This document shows, in pieces, positions 1-13,105 of a stretch of DNA of 64,000 nt (its first letter is position 1; each line of letters begins with the position of its first letter). The notes under the pieces are model-generated. The model did not search any database, was not told where the DNA came from, and saw only the letters and a list, made by a program, of their open reading frames with translations. A program made the translations under genes and the position numbers. Source of the DNA: Chiloscyllium plagiosum (taxonomy: Eukaryota); the NCBI RefSeq assembly GCF_004010195.1, contig NC_057711.1:75781579-75845578 (forward strand), given 5' to 3'.

Positions 1-805
1 TTGTTGTTCGAGTCCCCAAATAACACAGATTTACTCCAAAACAAATTACTGCTGTTATTATCTATTAAGTTTAATCCAAGTGAAATAGGCATATTGCATT
101 GTCAAGAGACATAAAAAATGCTGCACAGCCTTTAAACAGGTTATGTTCTGAAGTTGCTTTTCAAGATTCATAAGTTCTTTCTCATAACTAAAATATATTT
201 AGGAATGCAAAACAATTAGAATGTTTTGTTTATTGTGTCTATAATGCACAGACATTGAAAAAGATGATCCAGAACTAATTTAGTTTTTGAATTTTAAACT
301 TGGTGTACACAATGAAGCTTCAATATCGATGTCATTTTGTCTCCGTGATGCCATTGCATTTTGGAGGGACAGTATATTTTTGGGCAACCTGGCTGAAGTA
401 GTCAGCTGCAGGAGGAATGTCAAGAAAAAGGACATGATGGACTCAGAGCGGATGTCAGAAAATCTGAGATCTCATCAATTATATATTTTTGACCCGAGAG
501 CTTAGAAGACCTGAAAGATGTCTCAAAAGATTTAGAATGTGTGGCCAGTCATACACTTCCAACATCTGGAGCATACAAATAAAGTAAAAATTGAAAAACA
601 GTGAAAAACGCAGATGTTTAAAGATTTCTGCTAAAAACAGTTATTGTTACACTGAACTATGTGAAATATATGCCTATATTAGTGCTTTCCACATACTATT
701 TTCTGTATGGTATACAGATTTAAAATATAAAATGCAACCTGTTAAATTACCACCCTCTTTCCCATTCATGAAACTTAAGGTGTTTTATTTACCATAAAAT
801 TTAAC

Positions 806-1524
806 TGTCACAACATGGGGTAAAGCCCCCCTGCCCTCCAATTTAAACTTGCAACACAAATGATTTAACCCATGCTGTAATCTGTTAAAATTCAAAAGGC
901 AAAGAACTATCCCAAAAGTCACTATTTAAAGTAAAAATTAAAAACTTGAATTTTTTTAAAGTATAACAGAGAATAATTAACCAACAACTAATTACAACTC
1001 ATTTATCTAAACCTATCTTTTACCTTCCCGTCTACAATACCAGTCCAATTTCCACCCCCCCACTCCACGCCCCCGATTAAGATTGACTGAAAAATTCAAA
1101 TTTTAAAACCAGCCATCTGTTGAATCTTCTCTTGGTATCTTCCTCTGTAGATTTGCTCTTCAGGTCGATGTCGATCTTTTCTCCTGTGCAAACCCCTTCT
1201 CCAGACAGGTACCTCTCAGAGTGTTCTTACTAGCAGTCTACATCTGTTAGTCTTTGGCAGTTCGCCAACTGTTCAATTTTTCCCCTTCTGGTATCCCAAA
1301 GCATGGAATTGTTTCATTGGTTTTAATATTGTCAAAATACCAAATTCAAACGATGTGACTTTAGTATCTTGGGGTATAATTTAAACTGATTGGCCAAATT
1401 TGAATTTTTTTGTTGTTTCTCATTGCGACCCAGTACTGCTAGCTGCTGGACCAAATGTTACATTGTATTCTGTGTGCTTGCTAACTCTTTTAAAGGTACA
1501 GTACACCTCTGCACCTTCTTAACA
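806..1524 (-). mobile_element. Solo LTR (probably Gypsy/ERV type)
   Basis: TGT...ACA termini; flanks TTAAC/TTAAA resemble a 5-bp TSD with one mismatch; CCAAT followed by an AT-rich TATA-like motif on minus; non-coding, 719 bp. Confidence 0.6.
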
Positions 1525-1949
1525 TTAAAAAAACACCCAGACTGCACACAATCCTTTTCTTACAAATAGATTCTGCTGGTAGTCCTAGATTTAATCATGC
1601 ATTTGTCTTCTGTAACTGTGTAATTTGCAAACACCATTCAGTCCCCGAAGTTTAAGAATTACAAACGCGAGGCAAACCTTCAAACAATTCTGATTTTTTC
1701 AAATCGCTAAATTTCAGAATGAACATCTGATACAACACTGACTTTGGAGTTCCATTCCTGAATTTTAAAAGGTCCTGTATGTCTAAAAGCTAATATTATA
1801 AGAACTGAGAGACAATGTAAGACTTGAGAACTTGGTAGAATTATTCACACAATGAAATAACATTTTCTGTCTGTATTGTGTAAACTGGAAAAAAAAGATT
1901 CAAACTTTGGTATGGCCCCATATGGCTTCATGTCCTTGATTATAAATCA

Positions 1950-2500
1950 CTAATTGATGTATGTATTTTACAGTGCTCAATTTAAATGCAGATTTATTAA
2001 AATACAATACAAGGTTCCCTGCATGATGTTGCCATTTACTATTCTCAAGAATGATCTGAATGTTGATATTAGTACAATGGTGCCCAACTTTGCAGATGAT
2101 ATAAGGTCCGTGTAAGTGATGAGAGAAAACCGTTTTAAGTGGATCATGAAGCAATAGGGAAATTGTACATAATCGATATAAATGGTATCTACCTTCTATA
2201 AATGTAGTACTGCCATTGGCTCTACCCACATGTACAACTATGCACTACTTACAGGAAAGACAAACAGTTTACTGAAAGAGAAGATGCTTAATTCTGTGAA
2301 AGGTGCACAGAAGATACTATGAAATAACAGTCAAAGTAAATATAGCACTAGGATTATTTCCAAGATTTAATATCAATCAAAACCGAATGTTGTCATTAGG
2401 TTTGGTGAGGCTTCATTTAGAATACAGCATCCTCTCACATGGCAGAATTTCCAGGCTTTGGAAATGGTCAAGAAGAGGGTTAATAGAATCATACTTGGCT
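1950..2500 (+). mobile_element. Highly decayed CR1 LINE RT fragment
   Basis: TTTGCAGATGAT (FADD) and LVRLHLEYS-like remnants resembling the CR1 copies elsewhere in the window. Confidence 0.55.
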
Positions 2501-2739
2501 TAAACCACCTTAATTACCCAATTTTCAAAATCAACAGAATGCTGAGCAGTTCTCCTGTTGCCTTCACCTCTGGGAAGGAGCCTTCTCCTCTCAAAGAATA
2601 CATTTTGTCTCATCTGTGGAATTCTCACTCCTCCTTGACTCCTCCCAATGGCCTTTTTTTCCTCATTTGATCTTTCTATTGGGAGCTGCTAGCTTAAAAG
2701 TGGCCATCTCAAATTCTTTAATCTGCCTCCCTCTGAACT

Positions 2740-4316
2740 TGCAGTACTGTGTTTTGAAGTTGTTGTTTGGTTTACCGAGCCGGTTGATTTTTCAGCAAAT
2801 GTTTCGCCTCCTGACTGGGGGATAACTTCAGTGCTGTGTAGTCTCCGGATGAAGTGCTGTTGTTATGATCTGCCCAGAATTTATACAGTTCTGTCTGTCA
2901 AGGCGGGTGGTTTTATTTCCGGTTTTGTGCAGTGGTAGTCTGCAGATGGGGTCTATTTCAACATGTTTGTTTCGAACCAGTGGATGAATACCAGGTCTCC
3001 AGAAATCTCTGAGCTTGTCTTTGTTTTGCATGCCCAGGTATTGGAACAGTGTCCCAGTTGAATTGGTGTCCTTCATTAACAACATGTTTACATGAGGGAT
3101 AGTTGGTCATGTCGCTTTGTTGCAAGCTGATGCTCATGTATTCTGGTGGTGGGTCTCCTGCCCATTTGTCCTTTGTAATGTTTCTCACAGTTGCTGCATG
3201 GTATTTTGTATGTCACATTCACCCTGAATGTTGTGTGAATAGGGTCTTTTGTTTTGGAGTCTAGTAGTCAGTTCTGAAATGTTTTTAATATAGGGTAGGG
3301 TGGTCAGAGTGTTGGGGCGCACAGTATTTTCTTGGTGTTGTTTGTTTGCTAGACATCAGCAGATGAAACTGTTAGGGTACCCATTATTAAAATAGACTTT
3401 GCACAGGTGCTCCTCCTCTTTTTTGCTGAGCTCTGCAGTGTTGCAGTGTGTTATAGCTCATTTAAACAGAGTCTTGATACAGCTCTGTTTGTGAACGTTG
3501 GGATGGTTACTGTTGTAGCTGAGAATCTGGTCTGTGTGTATAGCCTTGCTATATACTCTGGTAAGGAATTCATTGTTGTTCGTTCGACCTACCAGCACAT
3601 TTCAGAAGAGGAATTGGTTGTTCTTCTCTTCTCTGGCGAACCTGATCCTGGTGAATATGCTGTTAATAAGATGGTATGTGCTTTCTAACTTGGTCTGTTT
3701 AATGATAATGAAGGTATCATCCATGTATCTGATCTATAGTTTGGGCTGAATGTGGGAGATGGCTGTGCTTTCTAGTCTCTGCGTTACTGCTTTGGCAATG
3801 AGTCCCGAGATGGGTGAGCCTACGGGCATCCTATTAATTTGTTCATACACTTGGTCATTAAAGACAAAGTGTGTGGTAAGGCATTGGTCCATTAATTTCA
3901 GCACAATTATCTTTGCTGCTAGCTTCATTGGTGGTCTGTGTTGTCCGTTTGTCTAGAAATTCGGCCAGTGTTTCATTTGCCAGTGTTATACTGATAGAGG
4001 TGAACAGCGCTGTAATGTTGAATGAGACCATAAGTTCATCCTCGATGAATTTTGTATCTCTGATGTTGTTGAGGAATTCCCGTGCTGAGTGGATCGTGTG
4101 TGTTGAATCCGCGATGAGGTGTTTCAGTCTGCGATGTAGCGCTTTGGCTGGCCAGTGTGTTGGTGTCGCTGCAAGGGAGACTATGGGTCTGAGGGGGATG
4201 CCTGGTTTGTACACTTTGGGAAGTCTGTAAAAGCTGGGAGTGTTTGAACCTTCAGCCTTCATTTTTTGGATGTTCGTTCTTGCTATCTATCCTGCTTTTT
4301 CTACTCTGTTCTCTGA
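2740..4316 (-). mobile_element. Penelope-like element (Poseidon-like), 5' truncated, RT + GIY-YIG remnants
   Basis: FYRLPKVYKPGIPLRPIVS, LMVSFNITALFTSI, YEQINRMPVGSPIS RT motifs; GQ.GR..TRIHEH and RFLETWYS...NKHVEIDP C-terminal motifs; hammerhead-like motif at the 3' end. Confidence 0.88.
2793..2836 (-). ncRNA. Degenerate minimal hammerhead ribozyme at PLE 3' end
   Basis: Minus strand cagca-CTGAAGT-TATCCCCCAGTCAGGAGGC-GAAAC-ATT-tgctg; perfect 5-bp stem I (cagca/tgctg); core has substitutions. Confidence 0.6.
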
Positions 4317-4650
4317 TGCAATATGATGACACAATGATCTTTTGCTATAAATTCTGAGTCCTATGATCCTACTCCACTAGCTACCTCACGAAGGAGTAGC
4401 ACTCTGAAAGCTTGTACGTCCAATTAAACCTGTTGGACTACAACCTGCTGCAGTACGTTTAATGACCATGTTGGTGTTGATTCTCAGAGTACAGAGTAGA
4501 AAAAGCAGGACAGATAGCAAGAACAAAGCCCAAAAAATGAAGCCGAAAGGTTCAAACACTCGCAGCTTTTACAGACTCCCCAAAGTGCACAATCTGGTGT
4601 TGCTTGATTTTTAACTTTGCCCGTCCCAGTCCAACACTGGCACCTCCACA
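4317..4650 (+). mobile_element. 3' terminal fragment of a second PLE family with decayed hammerhead, interrupted at ~4447-4592
   Basis: Similar to 12940-13105 (GCTATAAATTCTG...AAGGAG.AGCAC..GAAAGCT...CCTGTTGGACTA...CCCAGTCCAACAC). Confidence 0.65.
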
Positions 4651-5944
4651 TCATTAAATGTATGGAAAAGGTCAGCACTGTTTACAAGTGAACAAATAAA
4701 CAGTTTTAACTGTTCTTCCTTCCTTCAAATAAAAAAAATGTTAATATAGTGCCACACCTGTGCTTTTTACGGGATGTAGTGTTTACTTTGTTTCAGTCCT
4801 ACTTGGGTCCCCTTCCTTACTTCTATTCCTGATACATTGATGACAGTGTAAATACTCTTACAGCTCCTGCTCTTGCCCTGAACTGAAAAAAAATCGCCAA
4901 TTTTGCTTCATATTTTCATCCCTCCCTAAGTTAAATAACTCAACTCCAACTTTCCACTGACCCGTCTCTACATTTTTATATCCATTTCAAGAATATAAAA
5001 ACCAATATCCAGCTAAGTCCACTGACTTCATAAACTACAATAAAAAGATAAAACTCGTCAGGTCTAATGTTTCAAGGAGAGAGAGTTATTTTGGACTCAA
5101 AACAAATTTAATTATTCATTTCTTCACAGATACTGCCAGACCTGCTCAGCTTTACCAGCACATACTGTTGTCATTTCAGATTTTCAGCATCCACAGTACT
5201 TGGATTTATGATTGACATAAACACCTTTATTAAGTTTCCTCCCACAGTTACTTGTAAAGAGTTTTCAATTTTCCTACTTATTCCTTCTCCATTGATTTTT
5301 CAGGAGATGCAAACTTCCACACTAGTGGTTCAGATACATATTTCTTAACCCTCAACTGAGGACTCCTCTCTACCATGGTTGTTAGAAACCATGATATAGT
5401 CCATCCAATTTCTTGCTCTGACCCTTTGCATCAAATAAATAAGTAATAACCTGTCCTAGTCTTCAACAATTCCCTAACCACACTTGAACGACAGTTCTTA
5501 ATGATGTTGCTCAGCCATTTATGATCTGTAGAGCCATCTTTTATTTCTTCACTACCCACTTTTGTCTGGTACTATCACTCTTTTTGTGATTTAGATCACA
5601 CCTGTGCATTTGTTTCTATCTCACCTCTTCATGTTAAGATAAGCATCGAACTTGAAACATCAAGTTTGTTCCTCTCTTCGCAACCTACTTAAAACATTTC
5701 GTGTTCACCTTTAAAAACTGGGATTACTTTAGAAATGCAGAGATCTTGGGGGTGATCTGGTAGGGATGTTAAAATTAATAAGAGGAATAGACTGTATACA
5801 TAATGGTTATTTCAATTAGATATGCTTGAGTAAACTAGGGGTCATTTGCATAAATTGTACAAGGGTACAAACAGGTTACAGGTCAGAGAATTGCCCTTTT
5901 CCAGGAATGTAGAGTTTTATATCATATTCAAAAAATATGAGCAT

Positions 5945-6720
5945 TTTTTGGCTGGGTCACTTTTACTGACTGGCCCTAGGGGCCTCAAGAAAGTGGCAGT
6001 CAGCTACCTTTTTGAATTGCTGCAGGCCATTTTCTGTATTATGCCTGCAGAGCTGTTAGGGAGGGAGTTTCAGATTTTGACCCAGCGACACTGAAGAAAT
6101 GGCAACACACATCCAAGTCAGGATAGTGAGTGGCTTGGATGGGATCTGGCAGAACGTGGCGTTCCACGTATCGGCTGCCCTTGTTTGTCTAGATGGTAGT
6201 TGTTGTTGGTTTGAAAACTGCTGTATAAGAAGCCTTGTGAATTTCTGAAGTAAATGGTACACACTACTGCTACTCTGTATCGGTGGTCAAAGAAGTGAAT
6301 ATTTGTAAATGTGATGCCAATTAAGTAGGTTGCTTTGTCTTAGATGGTGTCAAGTTTCTTAAGTGTTGTTGAAGCTGTACATATCCAGGCAAATGCAGGT
6401 TATACCATCACTCCTGATTTTAGGCTTGTAACGGTGGACAGGCTTTGGGGAGTTTTTTTAAAATTCATCCATGTGATGTCGGCATCGTATTGCCCATCCT
6501 TAATTATCCAAATGGTAACTAAGAGCCAGCCACATTGTTGTGGGTCTGGAATCACTTGTAGGTCAGGCCAGGGATGGATGGCAATTTCCTTCCCTAAAGG
6601 ATATGAGTCAGGAGGTGAGTTATTCATTGCAGTTTTCCAGGTCTCTTATCTGCTCTCACAGTCGTGCTACTTATATGGCCAACTCAGTTCAACTTCTGGT
6701 CAATGGTAACCCCCATATGT
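5945..6720 (-). mobile_element. Decayed LINE 3' region (L2/CR1 group)
   Basis: Reverse-complement similar to the + copies at 16220-17185 (RTRAADTW-like peptide, GGACAAAGCAGCC motif). Confidence 0.55.
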
Positions 6721-8637
6721 TGACAGTGTGGTTGAACAAGTTACTAGTGACATTGTGAACCACGATGTTAGAAACAATCACAACCACCTGCAGCAAATTC
6801 ACTGGACCAACTGGTGTTTTCCTGTCAACCATCTTCTTACATATATAAAATTGAATATATTAGGCTGTTTGGATTCTCATTTGATTATTCCAACTAAAAT
6901 AAAGTTTCTAATCTAGAAATAATTTTAGTATTGCCTTTTCTTCTTGTTCTAACTATTATCTGCATTCGTAACAGAGTTTTAAAACTTGTTGGGGTTGGCA
7001 AATTACAGTTTTCTTCAAGGATTAAATCATATTTCAGAAAAACAAAACCTTACAATATAAGGTTGTTATAAAACTATAAAACTATATAGTTTGAACACTA
7101 TACAGTTTGGAAACAAAATGTGATACGATTTGGCTTTCAAATATAGTTTTCAATAATCTGGCAAATGTAATGACAACTAAACATTACTGACACATTACTT
7201 CCAAGGCAAATCCTTTTTTCCTTTGATGGGATTGGGTGCTGCTGGCAAAACCAGCATCTGTTGTCCATCACTAATTGCCCTTGAACAGAACGGTTTTCAA
7301 AATGCAGTTAAAAATGAATCATGTTCTTGTGGAGTCACATGTAAGTCTGACTAAGAATTTCAGATTTTCCCTTCAAGGACCTAAGTGAACCAGATAGGTT
7401 TTGCGACAGTTAGTGACCTGGCACCACTGTTGAGACTCTCTTTTCAATTTCCAGATTTAATTAATTAAATTCAAATTTCATCAATTACCATAATTGGATA
7501 TGAACCCAAGTCTCCATGGCATTAGTCTATGCAGCAAGATATCTTGAATTTGCAGCATATATTACGGTCATCATATGACATACATACGACCAGATAACCA
7601 GTTTTACAGTTTTATTTAACTTGAAAGGAGCTGGACCAATTAAGCATACAAGTTAAAAAAAGGCAAACATGTTTAGTGGTATATATGCAAAATAAAACAT
7701 CTTGGTATAATCTAATGGTTAAATTGACTAAAAGTGTACCAATATAATCCTGGTAATGATTTAGCTTTTACCCTTACAAAGAAACTATGATCCCATTTTG
7801 TGATAAATTAAAAAGCAACTCTAAGGCTAGGCTAATAACGTACAAATAACAGAGTTCATAGACATGTGTCAGGAAGAAAAATTCTCCTTGTTCATTAATT
7901 GGCAAAAAGACTTTGAAGCTTTACTTAAGGATTTGTTTGAGAAAGACTACAGCCTCTTGGGTGGAAAGTTAGGGAATGAGAATCAAGCAAGGAGGGGAGA
8001 AAACAATAGACAATCTTCCATCTTAAGGCAATCACTAAAATAGATCTCTATCTCAAAGAACTGAGTATGAACAAATTAGTGTCAACTGAAAACTATGCAA
8101 TATCATTAAGGAGGTTGTGAATTAATGAAGAGGTCAGAAAAAGATATAAAAGGTGGGTATGAAAACTGATTTTTCAGTATTTGAGAAAGGTCTGATCAAC
8201 TGGTAAAAAAGATTTTCAAATCAATCTGTTCAAAAATGCTGTTTTACACCTCTGCAGCAGAACCAGAGGCTGCTAACTAAAAGATAGGGACACAACCAAT
8301 TCACCATAAGAACCCCCTAGGCTACTGCACCTGGCTCTCACATCCAAGTACTAACCAAGGCTGAATCTGTTAGATTCTGAGATAAAGCCATTTCAAACTA
8401 GTATAGCCACTGGCACTGATCAACTTGTATACCATGTTAGAAACAATAACTTGTTTCAATTCTCTGGCTAAAACTCAAGACTTTTTTCCTTAATACTGGC
8501 ATTGACTATGCATTTGTATTTGTAATTAAATTATCACAATCAATTCTGAAACACAGGAAAAACTGGCATTTTGTAAGGATCTTATCAATTTGAGGAAAAG
8601 TTGTGATTTACTAACTTTTTTTAAAAAATAATTTACG

Positions 8638-8859
8638 TTAGATTAGATTACTTACAGTGTGGAAACAGGCCCTTCGGCCCAACAAGTCCACACCGCCCCG
8701 CCGAAGCGCGACCCACCCATACCCCTACATTTACCCCTTACCTAACACTACGGGCAATTTAGCATGGCCAATTCACCTGACCTGCACATCTTTGGACTGT
8801 GGGAGGAAATAGGAGCACCCGGAGGAAACCCACACAGACACGGGGAGAACATGCAAACT
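8638..8859 (-). mobile_element. HE1/V-SINE-like SINE, 5' truncated
   Basis: V-domain TCTCCCCGTGTCTGTGTGGGTTTCCTCCGGGTGCTCC...AAAGATGTGCAGG and CR1-type tail TGTTTCCACACTGTA + (TCTAA)n. Confidence 0.85.
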
Positions 8860-9780
8860 GATGGCATAAAAATCAGCTGTGGTATTGACAGTGAAAAGAA
8901 CAGCTGTTGACTCCTGAAATATATCAATGATTTGAATGTGTGGAAAAGTGACAAATGGAATTCCATCTTGAGAACTGTGACATAAAACATTGGGGAGTGA
9001 GAACAGACCAAGAAAATACACAATAAGTGCAACAATATTGAGAGGAGTAGAAGGAGTGAGGCACCTTGGAATGCATACCCACAAGTTCTTTAAGATGGTA
9101 GGACAAGAAGGTAACGAGGTAATGAAAGTATTTGAAATGTTTCCATTCAATGGACAAACAATTAAAAAGGCATAGCAGAATCAAAAGGTGAGGGTTTATA
9201 GAAATTTCTCCCTGAACATCAAAGATTAAAATTTATGATTTGAAACAAAGACACATTTACATGCTTAGGAACCCTCTTTGAGGACAACCTAAAATCAAGA
9301 GAGACCTTTTTATTCAAACGTTATATATAATCTAGCATGTTTTGATCAGTTAGAACAAACTCAGTACTGTGCAGTAAATTTAGTGAACAGCAAGAAAAAC
9401 TATAAGTGCAACTATAAATGACGGCGAAATGGTGGCTTTGGGTTGAGATCAGTCAAAGGTGACACTTGTAAACCACAAGAGCAAGTGGGATTTGAAATTA
9501 ATTCCTTGATGTCTCCATACCCATGAATTTGATGCAATTATGAATCTCCCTTTGCCAAAACTTAAGAAGATCAAAAGTACAGGAGGAAGAATAATTTTTT
9601 AAATAGTGTCTCGTAGTTCTAGATTTCCCTGGAAGGGAAAACAATCAACCCCTTCCTTGTCAAGTTTCTTGGACAATTCCTTTGTTCCAAGAATAAACTC
9701 AATGAACCTTCTCTAAATGACTTTCAAAACAAGTATATCTATATGTCGAAGGTGGGATGGGATGGAGTGGAGTGGGGTGT

Positions 9781-10072
9781 GGCAGGTGGTTCAACGGTTA
9801 GTAATGCTGCCTCACAGCACCAGGGACCCGGGTTCAATTCCACCTTTGGGTGACTTACTGAGTTTGCAAACTCTCCCAGCGTCTGCGTGGGTTTCCCCCA
9901 GGTGTTCTGGGGGAACACCTGGTTAGGAGGATTGGCCATGCTAAATTGCCTTAGAAGTCAGGGATGTGCAGACTACTTCAATTAGGAGTTAGATCTGGAT
10001 GGATGCTCTACAGGGGGTCAGTGTGGACACAATGGGTTGAATGGCCTAATTCCACACTGTAGGATTCTATGA
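9781..10072 (+). mobile_element. HE1/V-SINE-like SINE
   Basis: tRNA-derived head (B box GGTTCAATTCC), V domain, CR1-like tail. Confidence 0.8.
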
Positions 10073-10692
10073 TCTGACCTATCCAATGTCCTAGCAAGCC
10101 TTTCCTATTTTCATCTCCAGCCCTTGCAATGCCTACATTCAATTAGCCTTCTATTTTTCCTGGTTGCTAACTTTGAGAGGCTCACACATGGAACACTCAG
10201 GATTCCTCTGTACTGCAAAACTCTACTGATGCCCTCGAATAAAGCAATTTTCTGCTTTACTAATCTTCCTGCCAAAATAGACAACCTCACATTTGGAAAA
10301 TTGTACTTGGTCTGCCAATTTTTTATCCACTCACTCAAGTGATCTATCTCCCGTTTAAGGCGCTTTGTATCCTCCTCACAACTTGCTTTCCAACCTGCCT
10401 TTGTATTGTCAGAGGATATGGCTACAATATTTGGTTCCTTTACCAAAGTCATTCGTGACAAGAGATGTCATATTTAGGGCATTCCACTCTGTTGGGCTCT
10501 TTCCAGAATCTAGGGAATTTTGGGAGATTACAGTCAAAGCGGCTACAATTTGTGCAGTCGCTTCTTTTAAGACTATCAGGACTAGAGGAGTTGCCAACCT
10601 TCAGTATCATTAAATATCCCAGTAGTTTTGCCTAGAGATTGTTTTACGTTCCTCCATCCCTTTTGCCTCAATTTTCTACAATTCTTGAAATG

Positions 10693-12390
10693 TATGTATT
10701 TTGCATCAGTGTTTACTGTGGAAAAGCATATGGAAGATATAGAATGTAGGGAAATAGATGGTGACATTTTGCAAAATGTCCATATTATAGAGGAGGAAGT
10801 GCTGGATGTCTTGAAACGCATAAACGTGGCTAACTCCACAGGACCTGATCAAGTGTACCCTAGAACTCTGGGGGAAGCTAGAGAAGTGATTGCTGGGCCT
10901 CTTACTGAGATATTTGTATCATCAATAGTCACAGGTGAGGTGCCAGAAGACTGGAGGTTGGCAAACGTGGTACCACGTTTAAGAAAGGTGGTAAGGACAA
11001 GCCAGGGAACTATAGACCAGTGAGCCGGATGTCGGTGGTGGGCAAGTTGTTGGAGGGAATCCTGAGGGACAGGATGTACATGTATTTGGAAAGGCAAGGA
11101 CTGATTACGGATAGTCAACATGGCTTTGTGCGTGGGAAATCATATCTCACAAACTTGATTCAGTTTTTTGAAGAAGTAACAAAGAGGATTGATGAGGGCA
11201 GAGCGGTAGATGTGATCTATCTGGACTTCAGTAAGGTGTTCTACAAGGATCCCCATGAGAGACTGGTTAGCAAGGTTAGATCTCATGGAATACAGGGAGA
11301 ACTAGCCATTTGGATACAGAACTAACTCAAAGGTAGAAGACAGAGGGTGGTGGTGGAGGGCTGTTTTTCAGACTGGAGGCCTGCGACCAATGGTGTGCCA
11401 CAAGGATCGGTGCTGGGTCCTCTACTTTTTGTCATTTACATAAATGATTTGGATGTGAGCATAAGAGCTATAGTTAGTAAGTTTGCAGATGACACCAAAA
11501 TTGGAGGTGTAATGGACAGCGAAGAAGGTTACCTCAGACTACAATGGGATCTTGATCAGATGGGCCAATGGGCTGAGAAGTGGCAGATGGAGTTTAATTC
11601 AGATAAATGCAAGGTGCTGCACTTTGGGAAAGCAAATCTTAGCAGGAGGTACACACTTAATGGTCAGGTCCTAGGGAGTGTTCTGAACAAAGAGACCTTG
11701 GAGTGCAGGTTCATTGATCCTTGAAAGTAGAGTCGCAGGTAGATAGGATAGTGAAGGCGGCATTTGGTATGCTTTACTTTATTGGTCAGAGTATTGAGTA
11801 CAGGAGTTGGGAGGTCATGCTGCGGCTGTACAGGACGTTGATTAGGCCACTGTTGGAATATTGCGTGCAATTCTGGTTTCCTTCCTATCGGAAAGATGTT
11901 GTGAAACTTGAAAGGGTTCAGAAAAGATTTACAAGGATGTTGCCAGGGTTGGAGGATTTGAGCTGTATGGAAAGGCTGACGCTGTTTTCCCTGGAGCGTC
12001 GGAGGTTGAGGGGTGACCTTATACTGGTTTACAAAATCATTAGGGGCATGGACAGGATAAATAAACAAAGTCTTTTTCCTTGGGTCGGGGAGTCCAGAAC
12101 TAAAGGGCATAGGTTTAGGGTGAGAGGGGAAAGATATAAAAGAGACCTACGGGGCAACTTTTTCACGCAGAGGGTGATACGTGTATGGAGTGAGCTGCCA
12201 GAGGAAGTGGTGGAGGCTGGTACAATTGCAATATATCCATCCAAATGCCTTTAAATATGAATAGGAAAGGTTTGGAGCGATATGGGTCGGGTACTGGCTG
12301 GTGGGATTAGATTGGGTTGGGATATCTGGTCGGCATGGACAGGTTGGACCAAAGGGTCTGTTTCCATGCTGTACATCTGTATGACTCTAT
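10693..12390 (+). mobile_element. CR1 (HER1-like) LINE, 5' truncated, inserted in an older minus-strand CR1 (~10080-12580)
   Basis: SQHGFVRGKS, GVPQGSVLGPLLF, KFADDTK, LEYCVQFW motifs with frameshifts and stops; 3' tail TGTTTCCATGCTGTACATCTGTATGACTCT. Confidence 0.95.
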
Positions 12391-12681
12391 TTGTGTAATC
12401 GACTGCAAAGATAGATAAAAATGCTTGTTCACTGCCATTTCGTTATCCTCATTATCAATTCCCCAATCTCATCCTCCATGGGATCAACATATACTTGAGC
12501 TTCTCTTTTCCTTTCTATACAGTTACAGAAGAATTTACTGTATTTTTGTTTTCCTGATTAATTTTTCCAAATATTCAATTTGGAACAAAGCTATCAAGTG
12601 CAATGTATCAAAAATATTTGAATACAAATCAAAAATGATGATGTTAATATCATCTTAAAATCCTGTAAGAAGGTCTGAAAG

Positions 12682-13105
12682 AAAGGTGCGAGGTTAGAGT
12701 CTATCTGTATTCCAACCTCGAATCAGAGTGGTTAGAATACAGACGGACTCTAACCCCACATCTTTAATGCATTGTCTGAGCTGAGATGTCACACTTCGTT
12801 TATAAAACCTTAACCTCAGGAAGGTGACTAAAAAGAAATTCTGGGGTTTACATATTAATGAATCAAAACCTGCAACTCATTTGAAGTGATTAAAGACTTC
12901 ATAGCAATCTAGGTATGTTAAATATATCGCATCAGTTGTATGACACTTTGATCTGTTACTATAAATTCTGTGTGTCCTATGATCCTGCCACACTAGCTCC
13001 CTGATGAAGGAGCAGCACTTCGAAAGCTTATACTTCAAAATAAACCTTCTGGAATATAACCTGGTGTTGTGTGATTTTTTAACTTTGTCCACCCCAGTCC
13101 AACAC
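12682..13105 (+). mobile_element. PLE family-2 3' terminal region with hammerhead and fold-back 5' end
   Basis: Homologous (reverse complement) to 43075-43440, which is contiguous with GIY-YIG coding remnants. Confidence 0.8.
13001..13029 (+). ncRNA. Minimal hammerhead ribozyme motif
   Basis: CTGATGA-AGGAGCAGCACTTC-GAAAGCTT; palindromic AGCT in place of stem III. Confidence 0.65.

Noticed and set aside
287..505. 72-aa ORF, considered as a missing CARNMT1 exon or a neighbouring gene such as TRPM6
   Set aside because: Non-ATG start, no recognisable similarity, wrong strand for CARNMT1
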